Shown here one piece after another: positions 10,000-23,342 of a stretch of DNA of 64,000 nucleotides. The notes beneath the pieces were generated by a model. That model saw nothing but the letters and a program-made list of their open reading frames with translations. It was not told the DNA's origin and made no database searches. The stretch covers positions 1,376,001 through 1,440,000 of the forward strand of contig CAVOFT010000001.1 in NCBI GenBank assembly GCA_963695095.1. The letters run 5' to 3'. Origin of the DNA: an uncultured bacterium. GTDB lineage: Bacteria; Krumholzibacteriota; Krumholzibacteriia; JACNKJ01. The translations under genes were made by a program, and so were the position numbers. Positions within the stretch are counted from its first letter, which is position 1. Every line of letters begins with the position of its first letter.

Positions 10000-12477
10000 A
10001 TGCGCAGATACAGATTCCTGCTCTTCCTCTTGGCGGTCACGGTCGCGCTCGGCGGGGTGATGGGCTGCGACAACCTGGAGACCGAGGGCAAGCCCAATCA
10101 GGCGCCCGCGGTGTATCTCTCCAGCGGGCCCGCCAACAACGACGCCAACGTCAACTACCGGGTGCGCTTCTACTGGAACGGCTACGATCCCGATGGCCGC
10201 GTGGACCACTTCGAGTACCTGGTCACCAACGACGAGGTCACGGGTTCGCTGATCATCGACGACGATATCTACACCACCCTCGCCGCTCTCGACGACGCCT
10301 ATCCGCAGGTGGACTACAGCTGGCGCAGCATCGAAGTGCATGACACGACCATCTCGGTGACGGCCGACTCCATCCCGGTGGCGGGCGCGCCGGAAGACTC
10401 GCTCTATTTCTACGGGGGCGATCGCTTCCTCTTCCGCGCCCACCACACCTTCTTCATTCGGGCGGTGGACGAGCTTGGAGCCGTATCCCGCATCCCGGCC
10501 CATCGCACCTTCACGGCGACGACGATCGCCCCCGAGGTGAAGATCAACCACCCTGCGGACACGCAGGGCGTCGGCGGCTACGATCAGCTGCCTCCGGACA
10601 TCTTCTTCCGCTGGGCCGGCAACGACTCGGTGGGGGACGGCACGGTGATCGAGCCCGACTACACGCGCTACGCCCTGCTCAAGCGGGGCGATCTCGGCCT
10701 GGACACGCAGTTCACGGGCCGGCTGCTCAGCTTCCCCGACTCGGTCTGGAGCGTCTGGCGGGGCTGGGATCAGGTGGATTCGCTCAACGAGAATCTGAGC
10801 GGCAAGCGGGCCCTGATCACTGGCCTCACGCCGACCTCGGCGGGGGGCGGCGCCGGGTTCTACCTGTTCTTCGTGCAGGCCAAGGACGAGGCCGGCGCGA
10901 TCTCCAGCCACTACGAGGACGGCAAGAACCTGCGCAAGATCCGCGTGGTCTCCAGCCTGGCGCCGAAGGTGACCGTCACCGAGCCCGTGCTCGGCGTGCG
11001 CGTGAGCAGCAACAATCAGACCTACGACTTCACGGTGGCGGAGAACCAGGTGCTCAGGCTGACCTGGTCGGCTACGGCCGCGGCCTATGGCAGCGAGATC
11101 ACCGGCTACCGCTATGGCTGGGATATCCTCGATACGGAGAACGACGAGGAGTGGAGCACCTGGTCGCTGGCGACCACCTCCACGCAGGCCAGCTTCGTCT
11201 CGGGCAGCCACAGCTTCTTCCTGGAGGCCCGCGACTACAGCGGCACGACGACCCGTGTCGTCTATCGCCTGGTCGTGGTGCCCTTCACGATGGAGCGCGA
11301 GCTGCTCTTCATCGACGACTACAACAACACGGCCAGCTCGAGCGTCGCCAACACCTACCCCGGCAGCCCCAATCAGTACAACTGGGGCACCTACTACCTG
11401 ACCAACGATATGCAGCGGGATTTCTGGGACGCCATCCTGGAGGAGTACAACGGCTACGATCCGGTCGTGGACTTCTTCCGGGTGACGGCGATCAATCCCA
11501 TCCCGCCCTTCGAGACCGTGGCGCTCTACAAGCGTCTCATCTGGGAGGTGAAGGAGGGCGGCGCCGGCGAGGCGGGCCTGAGCCGCGTGTCCCGCTTCGT
11601 GGACGTCTACGCCGTGAATTCGGTGCCCTTCGATTACCTGTCGGCCTTCATGGACCGCGGCGGGCAGCTCCTGCTCTGCGGCAGCAACCCGGTGCTCGCC
11701 ATGCTGCCCACGGCCGGCGAGATGGCCGACCCCACCTACGAGCGCCGGCTGCCCATGGCCTTTCTCAAGCACCTCTCCTACTCGGAAGGCAGTTCCAGCG
11801 AGTCGCAAGCCGCCGTGGGACGCTTCCTGCCCTACAAGTACTTCGGCCTGGACGCGCTGGTCAAGGGCGCCGACCAGGACGCCAAGACCTACGACTGGAC
11901 CGGCCCCGACTGGCGCACCGTGCGCACCTTCTGGGGCTTCTACGGCGCCGGCTACACGCGCGCCGAACTGGCCAGCTTTCCCAACACGACGAGCTGGGCG
12001 CCGGGCGACACCCTGCGCTTTCGCCCGCAGGTCTACCAGTGGTTCCACGACGCCGGCGGCTTCTTCAACGGGGCGGATTCGCGCGCGGTGGGTTGCACGG
12101 CCTTCCCTCGCGCCTTCGGCCTCAACTCCGTGGAAATCTACAACTGGGATTTCTTCAGGCTCCAGTACGATCCGCCGCTCACCTACCGGACGACCAAGTA
12201 CATCCCGCTGCTTTCCTACGTGCCGGCCGATCCCACGACGAGATGGGGCCGGACCCCGAGCCCGGACATGTGCTACCTGACTCCGGGCGGCGAGCATCAC
12301 GACGAGCTGGGCTACGCCACGGGCAGCGGCGGCCCGCATGCGGTCGCGGTGATCGGCATGGAGAAGCCGGCCACCCCCAGCGTGCTCCTGGGATTCACGC
12401 CCTACTACCTGGCGCCGACCGAGGCCAAGGGCTTCATCGACCACATCTTGATCGACATCTTTCACATGATCAAGTGA
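10000..12477 (+). CDS. Lipoprotein L2 (825 aa): three beta-sandwich modules plus C-terminal alpha/beta (class I GATase-like) domain
   Basis: Lipobox VMG-C; repeats ending HTFFIRAVD, YLFFVQAKD, HSFFLEARD; then LLFIDDY...KRLIWE...LSAFMDRGGQLLLCG...VLLGFTPYYL. Confidence 0.85.
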   Translation: MRRYRFLLFLLAVTVALGGVMGCDNLETEGKPNQAPAVYLSSGPANNDANVNYRVRFYWNGYDPDGRVDHFEYLVTNDEVTGSLIIDDDIYTTLAALDDAYPQVDYSWRSIEVHDTTISVTADSIPVAGAPEDSLYFYGGDRFLFRAHHTFFIRAVDELGAVSRIPAHRTFTATTIAPEVKINHPADTQGVGGYDQLPPDIFFRWAGNDSVGDGTVIEPDYTRYALLKRGDLGLDTQFTGRLLSFPDSVWSVWRGWDQVDSLNENLSGKRALITGLTPTSAGGGAGFYLFFVQAKDEAGAISSHYEDGKNLRKIRVVSSLAPKVTVTEPVLGVRVSSNNQTYDFTVAENQVLRLTWSATAAAYGSEITGYRYGWDILDTENDEEWSTWSLATTSTQASFVSGSHSFFLEARDYSGTTTRVVYRLVVVPFTMERELLFIDDYNNTASSSVANTYPGSPNQYNWGTYYLTNDMQRDFWDAILEEYNGYDPVVDFFRVTAINPIPPFETVALYKRLIWEVKEGGAGEAGLSRVSRFVDVYAVNSVPFDYLSAFMDRGGQLLLCGSNPVLAMLPTAGEMADPTYERRLPMAFLKHLSYSEGSSSESQAAVGRFLPYKYFGLDALVKGADQDAKTYDWTGPDWRTVRTFWGFYGAGYTRAELASFPNTTSWAPGDTLRFRPQVYQWFHDAGGFFNGADSRAVGCTAFPRAFGLNSVEIYNWDFFRLQYDPPLTYRTTKYIPLLSYVPADPTTRWGRTPSPDMCYLTPGGEHHDELGYATGSGGPHAVAVIGMEKPATPSVLLGFTPYYLAPTEAKGFIDHILIDIFHMIK

Positions 12478-12599
12478 GGACCAGCTTGGACGGAGGGACG
12501 CCGCAGCACTCGGGAGTGGGACCTGAACGCCGCGGCCCCTCCGTCGCTCCATCGACGCTCGCCGGCCCGGCGGCCGGGGTGAGGGAGGATTGAGGCGCA

Positions 12600-14240
12600 A
12601 TGAGAAACGAGGCGAGGCTCAGTGCAGCGCTGGTCCTGGCGCTGCTCCTGCCGGCCGGGGCGGCTGCCCAGCTCTGCGATCCTGATGACATGCCGCCGCC
12701 GGCGGTCTATGCCGATACGCTGGGATTGCCCGCGCCGGATTGGGACATGAGCCCTTTCTACCCCGCGGGCGGCACGCGCCTGGACGCGATCGGCAACGCC
12801 TATTACTCCGTGGGCACCGAGTTCGGCTACTTCGGCGTGCCGGCCGAGTTCGACGTGACCGAGGAGGAGCCCCCGCACTACTTCCTGCCCGACGGCTGGC
12901 GCAAGCGCGACATGATGACCTTTACCTGGACGCGGCCGGCCGGCACCCAGATCGTGCGCCGGCCTTCGCTGCGCTCGGGCGGCGTCTGGGCCATGGATCC
13001 CGCGGGCAGCGTGCCGGGCGACACCGTGCTCGTCTCGCCGCAACTCTCGGTCTACGGCGCCTACACGGGCAGCCGGGATCAGGTCTTCGTCTTCGAGCGC
13101 AGCTTCGGCGCGCGCTTCCAGGGCGATCGCGTGGCCAGCCCTCTCGATCCCGGCCTCGATGCCTGGAGCGCGAGCCACTACACCATCGACGGCGAGCTGT
13201 GGTACGACACGCCCCAGTACTTCACGCCGATCGGCGGCAGCATCACGATCACCAGCACGATGAGCTGGAAGGAATCCTACACGCCGGATCCGGAGTTCGC
13301 CTATGCCCCGGGCGATCCCCTGCTCAGCGGCCGCATCAACCTCTACTCGCGCTACGAGCGGGTGGCGGCCGATTCCGTGCGACTCGTCGACACCAACATC
13401 CACTGCGCCCACGGGCTCTTTCCCGATGCCTGGTACCCGAACGGCACCTGGGATCCGACCACGGATCCCTCCGCCTACGGACTCTACGTTTCCTTTTCGC
13501 CGGGCGTCATGGCTGAGGGTTTCCGCTGGCGCCTGGTCACCGAGGAGTTCGACGGCTATCTCGTCTGGCGGGAAGTCCTCGGCTCGGACAACGGCTGGAT
13601 GAACATCTGGAAGATCTCCTACAATGAAGAGCGCGACAAGGAGTACTGGTGGTGGATCGGCGGCGACTTCAGCATCACCGCGCCGCCGCCCTACTACGGC
13701 TACGATCCGATGACGCTGACCAACGTTTTCGCCGGCAGCGACGAGCTGCTCTATCTCGACTTCGACGTGCACAACGGCTTCGCCTACAAGTACGCGATCA
13801 CCACCTTCGACCGCGGTTTCCGACCCAACAGCGGCGAGAACAATCACTACCTCCGCAGCAGCACCAGCAAGGAGCAGCTCGACACGGTGGCGCGGGAGCT
13901 GGTCTTCAACCGGCCGGCGGGGGAGCGGCTGGAGCGCAACGTCTATGCCGTGCCCAATCCGCTGCGCACGGGCAAGAGCGCCTTCGACGATCCGAACTAC
14001 CACAATTTCCCGGGCGAGATCGTGCGCTTCGTGGGCGTCACGGCGCAGACGACCCTTAAGGTCTACTCGCTGGCCGGCGATCTCCTCTTCGAGGCCGCGA
14101 ACACGGATCCGAACACGCGCAACATCGTCTGGGACACCCGCAACCAGATGGGCGAGTTGGTCGCCTCGGGCGTCTACATCTACCGCGCGGAGGGCCAGGG
14201 TGGGGACGAGGAGTTCGGCCGCCTGATCATCATCCGCTAG
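12600..14240 (+). CDS. Secreted protein C with FN3-like motif and T9SS-like C-terminal domain
   Basis: Signal peptide ending AAA-Q; DFDVHNGFAYKYAITTFD; VYAVPNP...KVYSLAGDL...WDTRNQMGELVASGVYIY...GRLIIIR. Confidence 0.85.
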   Translation: MRNEARLSAALVLALLLPAGAAAQLCDPDDMPPPAVYADTLGLPAPDWDMSPFYPAGGTRLDAIGNAYYSVGTEFGYFGVPAEFDVTEEEPPHYFLPDGWRKRDMMTFTWTRPAGTQIVRRPSLRSGGVWAMDPAGSVPGDTVLVSPQLSVYGAYTGSRDQVFVFERSFGARFQGDRVASPLDPGLDAWSASHYTIDGELWYDTPQYFTPIGGSITITSTMSWKESYTPDPEFAYAPGDPLLSGRINLYSRYERVAADSVRLVDTNIHCAHGLFPDAWYPNGTWDPTTDPSAYGLYVSFSPGVMAEGFRWRLVTEEFDGYLVWREVLGSDNGWMNIWKISYNEERDKEYWWWIGGDFSITAPPPYYGYDPMTLTNVFAGSDELLYLDFDVHNGFAYKYAITTFDRGFRPNSGENNHYLRSSTSKEQLDTVARELVFNRPAGERLERNVYAVPNPLRTGKSAFDDPNYHNFPGEIVRFVGVTAQTTLKVYSLAGDLLFEAANTDPNTRNIVWDTRNQMGELVASGVYIYRAEGQGGDEEFGRLIIIR

Positions 14241-14317
14241 GTGATGACCGGCGCCCGGCGCCTCTCCCCTGACCGGCCACCCGGGCCGGTCAGGCCGGCG
14301 GTCGCAGAGGAGGATTG

Positions 14318-16781
14318 GTGAGCGGCAGCCGCTGGTGGCGCGGCGCCCTGCCGCTGCTGCTGGCGGGGGCGCTGGGCCTGGGCGCTTGCGATGAGCGCCT
14401 CGATGAAGTCGGCCTACCCAACCAGGCCCCGGTGATCCACCTCTCGAGCGGACCCGTCGAGGGCGAACCCGACGCCAATTACCGCGTGCACTTCTACTGG
14501 AACGGCCACGACCCCGACGGTCATGTGGACCGCTATCAATTCCTGATCACCGACGACGAAGTCACCGGTTCGCTGATCATCGACGAGGACGTCTACGCGC
14601 GTCTGGCCGGGCTCGGCTACGGCTGGCGGGACGTCTGGGCTCACGACAGCATCTTCGCCGTCACCGCGGATTCGATTCCCGACGCGGACGATCCCGCGGA
14701 TGCGCAGTATCTCTACGGCGATCGCTTCCTCTTCCGCGCTCAGCACACCTTCTTCGTGCGGGCCGTCGACGAAGAGGGGCTGGCCTCCCGCCTGCCGGAG
14801 CATCGCAGCTTCACGGCGACGACCATCGCGCCCGAGGTGAAGATCGTCTTCCCAGGCGACCTCGGCGGCGTCGGCGGTTACGACGGCCTGCCGCCGGACA
14901 TCTTCTTCCGCTGGACGGGCAACGACTCGGTGGGCGACGGCAGCGTGATCGTGCCCGATTCCACGCGCTTCACGCTGCTGCGCCGGGGTGACCTGGGGAT
15001 CGTCAATCAGGAGAGCGGGCGCCTGCTCGCCTTCCCGGACAGCGTGTGGAGCCCCTGGCGGCACTGGGACGCCGTCGACAGCCTGAACCCCAACCTGGGC
15101 GGCCGCCAGGCCCTCGTCGAGGATCTGACGCCGACCTCGCAGGGAGGCGGCGAGGGCTACTACCTCTTCCTCGTCCAGGCCAAGGATGAGGCCGGCGCCA
15201 TCACCAGCCACTTACCAGGACGGCAAGAACCTGCGCAAGCTGCGCATCCTCGAGGGTCTGCAGCCGCGGCTGGTGATCCGCGAGCGCTCGCTGGGCACCA
15301 GCTTCGCCGGCCACGATCAGACCTGGGACTACAGCATCGCCGCCGATCAGCCCCTGCAGATGAGCTGGTCCGCCTCGGCGGCGGAATACGGCAGCGAGAT
15401 CACGGGTTACCGCTATGGGTGGGACATCCTCGACAGCAACAACGACGAGGAATGGACGAGCTGGTCGCTCAGCAACACCGCTGCGCAGGCGAGCTGGCCC
15501 GGCGGCACGCACAGCTTCACGCTCGAGGCGCGCGACTACAGCGGCCGCGTGACGCGGGTCCTCTATCGCTTCGTGGTGATCCCCTTCACGATGGACTTCG
15601 ACCTGCTGCTGGTCGACGACTACGACAACACGCCCGTGGCCAATCCCTACCAGGGTTGGCCCCTCGGCCAGCCCTTCACCTGGGGCACCTTCCCGCACAC
15701 CAACGAGCAGCAGCTCGCCTGGTGGCAGGCGCTCCTGAGCGACTACCCCGGCTTTGCAGCGGGCCGCGATTTCTTCCGCGTCACCGTCATCGACAAGCAG
15801 CCCTATATCCAGGTGCTGGCCAGCTACAAGCGCGTGATCTGGGAGGTGCGCGAGACCGAGCCGGGCGGCTCCGGGCTCGCGCGGGTGGCGGCGATGGTGG
15901 ATCCCTACTCCGTCCAGGGCGCCGTGCCCTACGATTACCTGAGCGCCTTCCTCGAAGGCGGCGGGCAGCTCCTGCTCTGCGGCGTGCACCCCATCTCAGC
16001 GCTGCTGCCGTTGCCCGCCCAGATGCAGACCGATTCCTACCAGCGCCGAACGCCGATCGCCTTCCTCAAGCACATGGGCCTGAGCGGGGGCAGCGCCAAC
16101 GAGTCCGCGGCCGCCGTGCAGCGCTTCCTGCCCTGGCGGGAGTTCGGCATCGATGCCGTCGCCAAGGCCGTCGATCCCAATCCGCGCCTCTTTCCGGGCG
16201 CCAACGCCGATCTGCGCACGCCGCGCACCTTCTGGGGGCTCACCGGCATCGGCTATGCCGGCGGCGAGCAGGCCGACTTCCCCATCAGCACCGGCTGGCT
16301 GCCCGCCGACACCCTGCGCTTCCGGCCGGAGGTCTACGCCTGGTTCGCCGCCGCGGGCCCCATCTTCAACGATCCCGACGACTGGGACGACCCGAGCGGC
16401 GCCGGGCACGTGGAGTTCGGCCTCGCCGAGGGCGAGATCTACAACTGGGACCGCTTCGCGGCCGCCTACACGCCGCCGCTCCACCTGCGCTCGGAGCAGT
16501 ACCGGCCCTTGCTCACCTGCATTCCCGCCGACTCCACGACGCGCTGGGGCCCGGCGCCCACGCCCGTCCATCCCTACATGCGCGCCGACGGCCAGCACTA
16601 CGACGAGCTGCAGTACAGCCTCGGCCCGGGCCGCCGGCACCTGACCGGGCTCGTCGGCATGCGCCACCCGGAAGCGCCCAGCGTGCTCCTGGGCTTCACG
16701 CCCTACTACCTCGCGGACGATGCCGCGCGCGGGCTCTTCGACCACATCCTGGTGGACATCTTCCACATGGAGCGGCCTTGA
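14318..16781 (+). CDS. Lipoprotein L3, paralogue of L2; one +1 frameshift near 15211
   Basis: GAGGAGG RBS; lipobox LGA-C; 5' part of ORF 14315.. joins ORF 15186..16781 at AGAITSH/YQDGKNLRK, collinear with L2 AGAISSHYEDGKNLRK; both end DHIL.DIFHM. Confidence 0.85.
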
Positions 16782-17854
16782 GCGGGTCTGCCCGCGGCGA
16801 GTGGCAGGCACTGGCCCTGCTCACGCGCAGCGGCGAGCCGGAATCGCAGCACTGGGGAGCCTGGGCGCTGGTCGACGCCGCCGGGCGCCTGCTCGACGGG
16901 CGCGGGGATCCGGGTCAGGCGGTCTGGGCGCGCAGCGCGGTCAAGGCCTTCCAGGCTCTACCCGTCGCGGCCCTCGGCCTGCTGGAGCGCCATGGCCTCG
17001 GCGACGAGCACCTGGCCATCATCGCCGGCTCGCATAGCGGAGAGCCGCGCCACCGCCGGCTGGTGGGCGAGATCCTCGCGGCCGGCGGCTTCGGAGAGGC
17101 CGACCTCGCCTGCGGCTACCACCGGCCCTTCGACCGTGCCAGCGCGCGGGAGCAGATCGCGAGCGGGGCGCCGGACAGCCCGCTCTATCACAACTGCTCG
17201 GGCAAGCACGCGGGCATGCTGCTCCTGGCCGGCGCCCTGGGCGCGCCCAGCGCCGACTACCTCGACCCCGAGGGCCCCGGCCAGCGCCTGATCCGCGAGA
17301 CGCTCAGCGCCTTCGCGGGCGGCCGGGCGCCCCTCCTCGGCCTCGACGGCTGCAGCGCCCCCAGCTTTCGCCTGCCCCTGGCGGCCCTTGCCCAGGCCGC
17401 CGCCCGGCTGGGCGCCGGCGATCCGCCGGCGGGCCTGCCTCGCCCGGCGCTGCCCTGGGGGGTGGCGCTCGAGCGACTGCGGGGAGCCCTGACCGCTCAT
17501 CCCGAACTCGTGGGGGGCAGCCACCGTCGCTTCGATACGGATCTGATGCGCGCCGCCGGCGGCGGCCTGCTGGCCAAGAGCGGCGCGGAGGGCGTGGAGC
17601 TGGTCTCGCTGCGGGCGCGCGGCTGGGGGCTGGCGCTCAAGATCGCTGACGGCGCCGACCGGGCCGTGCCGCCCCTGGTCTGCGCGCTGCTGGAGCGCTG
17701 GGCGATTCTGGACGCAAAAGCCCTTGCCGCGCTGGCGATCTGGCGTGATGCTGCGCAGATTAACGCGGTGGGAAGGCAAACCGGCGCGCTGGCGATTCTG
17801 CCCGCAGCGCTGCCGCCGCAGTCGCCGCCGGACGGCGCCGCTGCCGACGACTAG
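16778..17854 (+). CDS. L-asparaginase II family protein (Rhizobium AnsA type)
   Basis: Motifs RSAVKAFQALP, GSHSGE, HNCSGKHAGML, DGCSAP, KSGAEGV, ALKIADG; TTG start overlaps L3 stop (TTGA). Confidence 0.85.
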   Translation: MSGSARGEWQALALLTRSGEPESQHWGAWALVDAAGRLLDGRGDPGQAVWARSAVKAFQALPVAALGLLERHGLGDEHLAIIAGSHSGEPRHRRLVGEILAAGGFGEADLACGYHRPFDRASAREQIASGAPDSPLYHNCSGKHAGMLLLAGALGAPSADYLDPEGPGQRLIRETLSAFAGGRAPLLGLDGCSAPSFRLPLAALAQAAARLGAGDPPAGLPRPALPWGVALERLRGALTAHPELVGGSHRRFDTDLMRAAGGGLLAKSGAEGVELVSLRARGWGLALKIADGADRAVPPLVCALLERWAILDAKALAALAIWRDAAQINAVGRQTGALAILPAALPPQSPPDGAAADD

Positions 17855-17888
17855 GCGCCGCGACAGCCAGCGGGAGGATGCGGGAGTC

Positions 17889-19289
17889 ATGGAGCGCTAC
17901 ATCGAGCCCTTCAAGATCAAGGTCGTCGAACCGATTGCGGCCATCAGTCGCGCCGAGCGGGCGGCGGCCATCCAGCGCGCCGGCTACAATCTCTTCAAGC
18001 TGCGCGCCGATGAGATCTACATCGACCTGCTCACGGATTCGGGCACCAGCGCGATGAGCGACAACCAGTGGGCGGGCATCATGCTCGGCGACGAGTCCTA
18101 TGCCGGCAGCCGCAACTACTTCCACTTCGAGTCGACCATCCGCGAGATCTTCGGCCTCGAGCACGTGATTCCCGTCCACCAGGGCCGCGTGGCGGAGAAC
18201 CTGCTGTTCTCCACCGTGCTCCAGCCGGGCATGGTCGTGCCGAACAACAGCCACTTCGACACCACGCGCGCCAACGTCGAGCACCAGCAGGCCGAGGCCC
18301 TGGACCTGCTCTGCGCCGAGGGCAGAGATCCGCGTCTGGTGGCGCCCTTCAAGGGCAACATGGACGTGGCGGCGCTGGAGGCCCTGATCGCCCGCGTGGG
18401 GGTGGCGCGCATCCCGCTCGTGATGCTGACGGTGACGAACAACAGCGGCGGCGGCCAGCCGGTGTCCCTGGCCAACATCCGCGCGGTGAGCGCCGTCTGC
18501 CGCGCCCACGGGCTGCCGCTCTTCTTCGATGCCTGCCGCTTCGCCGAGAACGCCTACTTCATCAAGACGCGCGAGCCGGAATGCGCGGACCTGAGCATCC
18601 CGGCCATCGTCGCCGAGATGTTCAGCCACGTCGACGGCTGCACGATGAGCGCCAAGAAGGACGGCCTGGTCAACATGGGCGGCTTCCTCGCCATGCGCGA
18701 CGGCGACCTGGCCGAGCGCATCCGCAATCTGCTGATCCTGGTGGAGGGCTTTCCCACCTACGGCGGGCTATCGGGCCGGGACCTGGAGGCCATCGCCCGC
18801 GGTCTGCGCGAGGTGCTCGACGAGCGCTACCTGCAGTTTCGCGTCAGCCAGGTGGCCAATCTCGGCGAGCAGCTCGTCGAGGGCGGCGTGCCCATCCTGC
18901 AGCCGCCGGGCGGCCACGCCGTCTACCTGAATGCGGGCGAATTCCTGCCCCATATCCCGCCCCTGGCGTTTCCCGGGCAGTCGCTGGCGGTGAACCTCTA
19001 CATCGAGTCGGGCGTGCGCGGCGTCGAGATCGGCACCCTGATGTTCGGCGGCCTCGATCCGGCGACCGGCGCGGAGCGCAGGGCCCGGCTCGAACTGGTG
19101 CGGCTGGCCATCCCGCGTCGCGTCTACACGACGATGCACATGAACTACGTGGCCCAGTCCATCCTGGACCTCCACGAGCAGCGCGGGAAGCTGAAGGGCA
19201 TGCGCATCGTCAAAGCGCCGCCCATCCTGCGCCACTTCTCGGCCACCCTGGATTTCACCAGCCAACCGGAGCACGCCTCCGCCGGCTGA
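17889..19289 (+). CDS. tnaA: Tryptophanase (PLP beta-eliminating lyase)
   Basis: EPFKIKVVE, IDLLTDSGT, PLP motif MSAKKD, RLAIPRRVYT, LRHF (SAKKD/LRHF favour tryptophanase over tyrosine phenol-lyase SGKKD/LRFF). Confidence 0.88.
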   Translation: MERYIEPFKIKVVEPIAAISRAERAAAIQRAGYNLFKLRADEIYIDLLTDSGTSAMSDNQWAGIMLGDESYAGSRNYFHFESTIREIFGLEHVIPVHQGRVAENLLFSTVLQPGMVVPNNSHFDTTRANVEHQQAEALDLLCAEGRDPRLVAPFKGNMDVAALEALIARVGVARIPLVMLTVTNNSGGGQPVSLANIRAVSAVCRAHGLPLFFDACRFAENAYFIKTREPECADLSIPAIVAEMFSHVDGCTMSAKKDGLVNMGGFLAMRDGDLAERIRNLLILVEGFPTYGGLSGRDLEAIARGLREVLDERYLQFRVSQVANLGEQLVEGGVPILQPPGGHAVYLNAGEFLPHIPPLAFPGQSLAVNLYIESGVRGVEIGTLMFGGLDPATGAERRARLELVRLAIPRRVYTTMHMNYVAQSILDLHEQRGKLKGMRIVKAPPILRHFSATLDFTSQPEHASAG

Positions 19290-19310
19290 ACCGGCAAGGG
19301 GAGTACACGC

Positions 19311-22074
<2,764 letters not shown>

Positions 22075-22130
22075 GCGGGGAGCGGATCGCCTCGACCGCC
22101 TCGCGTTCCGCGCGCGGGGCGGCGCCTGTC

Positions 22131-22904
22131 GTGGCGCCGCCCCGCCTGGATCTGCCGGCGCTGCGGCGCTCGGTCTGGCGCACGATCCTGGTCTTCGCCC
22201 TGCTGCAGCTTGCCTTCGCGCCGCTGCTCGCCTGGCGGCCCGGCCCGGCCCGGCTGGGTCTGGGCTTCCTCGCCTTCGCCCTGCCCTGGACGCTGGCCAC
22301 GGGCTTCCTGCTCGCCCGGCAGGTGCATCTCCTCTACAGCGAGGCCGGCCGGCCCTTGCGCGGCCTCAATCTTGCCACGCGCGTCACCTTGATTCGCGTG
22401 ATCGCCGTGCCGCTGGTGGTCACCCTCATCCTGGCCCGCGAGCCGCGCCTGGCGGCACTGGCCGTGCTGGCGGCGGCCCTCAGCGACGCCGTGGACGGCA
22501 GCCTGGCCCGGCGCCGCGGCGAAGTCACGCAGCTCGGCCGCGTCGCCGACCCCAGCATCGACGCGGTCTTCTGCGGCTCCAGCCTCAGCGCCCTCGCGCT
22601 GGCCGGCCTGCTCCCGATCTGGGTCTTCCTGCTCGTGGTCCTGCGCTATGCGCTGCTGGCCGCCGGGGCGCTCTGGCTGCGCCTGTGGGCGGGCTTCCTG
22701 CCGGCGCGGGCCACCTTCGCCGGGCGCTTCTACTATTTCATCCAGTACAGCCTGCTGGTCGGCTTGCTGCTGGGGGCCGCGGCAGGCGATACTGCCGTGT
22801 GGCGCTGGATCCCCGGCGCTCTGGGTGGCCTGCAGGTGCTGGTGATCCTGCAGCTCGTCCTGCTCGGCCGCAGCCTCCACGCGGAGCTTCGCCATGCTGA
22901 CTAG
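22131..22904 (+). CDS. CDP-alcohol phosphatidyltransferase family membrane protein
   Basis: [27 protein letters not shown] matches DxxDGxxAR...GxxxDxxxD; start uncertain. Confidence 0.8.
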   Translation: MAPPRLDLPALRRSVWRTILVFALLQLAFAPLLAWRPGPARLGLGFLAFALPWTLATGFLLARQVHLLYSEAGRPLRGLNLATRVTLIRVIAVPLVVTLILAREPRLAALAVLAAALSDAVDGSLARRRGEVTQLGRVADPSIDAVFCGSSLSALALAGLLPIWVFLLVVLRYALLAAGALWLRLWAGFLPARATFAGRFYYFIQYSLLVGLLLGAAAGDTAVWRWIPGALGGLQVLVILQLVLLGRSLHAELRHAD

Positions 22905-23289
22905 ACTGCGTCGAGGCGCGACGGCCCTGGCCGGTGCGCTGCTGCTGGGCGCCGGTGGCGCCTGCACCCCGCCCGCGCGGCAGCCGGTGGCCATCTGGGA
23001 GGGCGACGCCGCGCGCGTGCGGCTCGAGTATCGCGGCGAGGCGCGGGCCGTCTTCGCGACAGGCGACTTCAACGAGTGGGCGCTAGCGCCCTTTTCGCGC
23101 CTGGAATCGGAGCGCTGGGAACTGAGCTTCAGTCTGGCGCCCGGCGAGTACTCCTACCTGCTTGCCGTCGAGAACGACAGCGGCTGGTCCCTGCGGCCCG
23201 ACCCCGCCAATCCCCTGCGCCGCGACGACTCGGCTGGCCGCAGCTTGTCGCTCCTGCGCGTCGGGAACGGCAACAGCGGCTCCGACTAG
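22894..23289 (+). CDS. Small lipoprotein with CBM48/glycogen-binding (E-set) domain
   Basis: GGA-C lipobox-like; [10 protein letters not shown]...W...LAPGEYSY...DPANP. Confidence 0.7.
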   Translation: MLTRLRRGATALAGALLLGAGGACTPPARQPVAIWEGDAARVRLEYRGEARAVFATGDFNEWALAPFSRLESERWELSFSLAPGEYSYLLAVENDSGWSLRPDPANPLRRDDSAGRSLSLLRVGNGNSGSD

Positions 23290-23342
23290 ACGGCGCAGCG
23301 ACGCCTCCGGGCGTCACCTCTCAGCCCGGAGGCAGCAAGCTC

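Noticed and set aside
14315..17854. 1179-aa lipoprotein-asparaginase fusion ORF
   Set aside because: Artefact of the +1 frameshift near 15211; the middle is out-of-frame L3 sequence.
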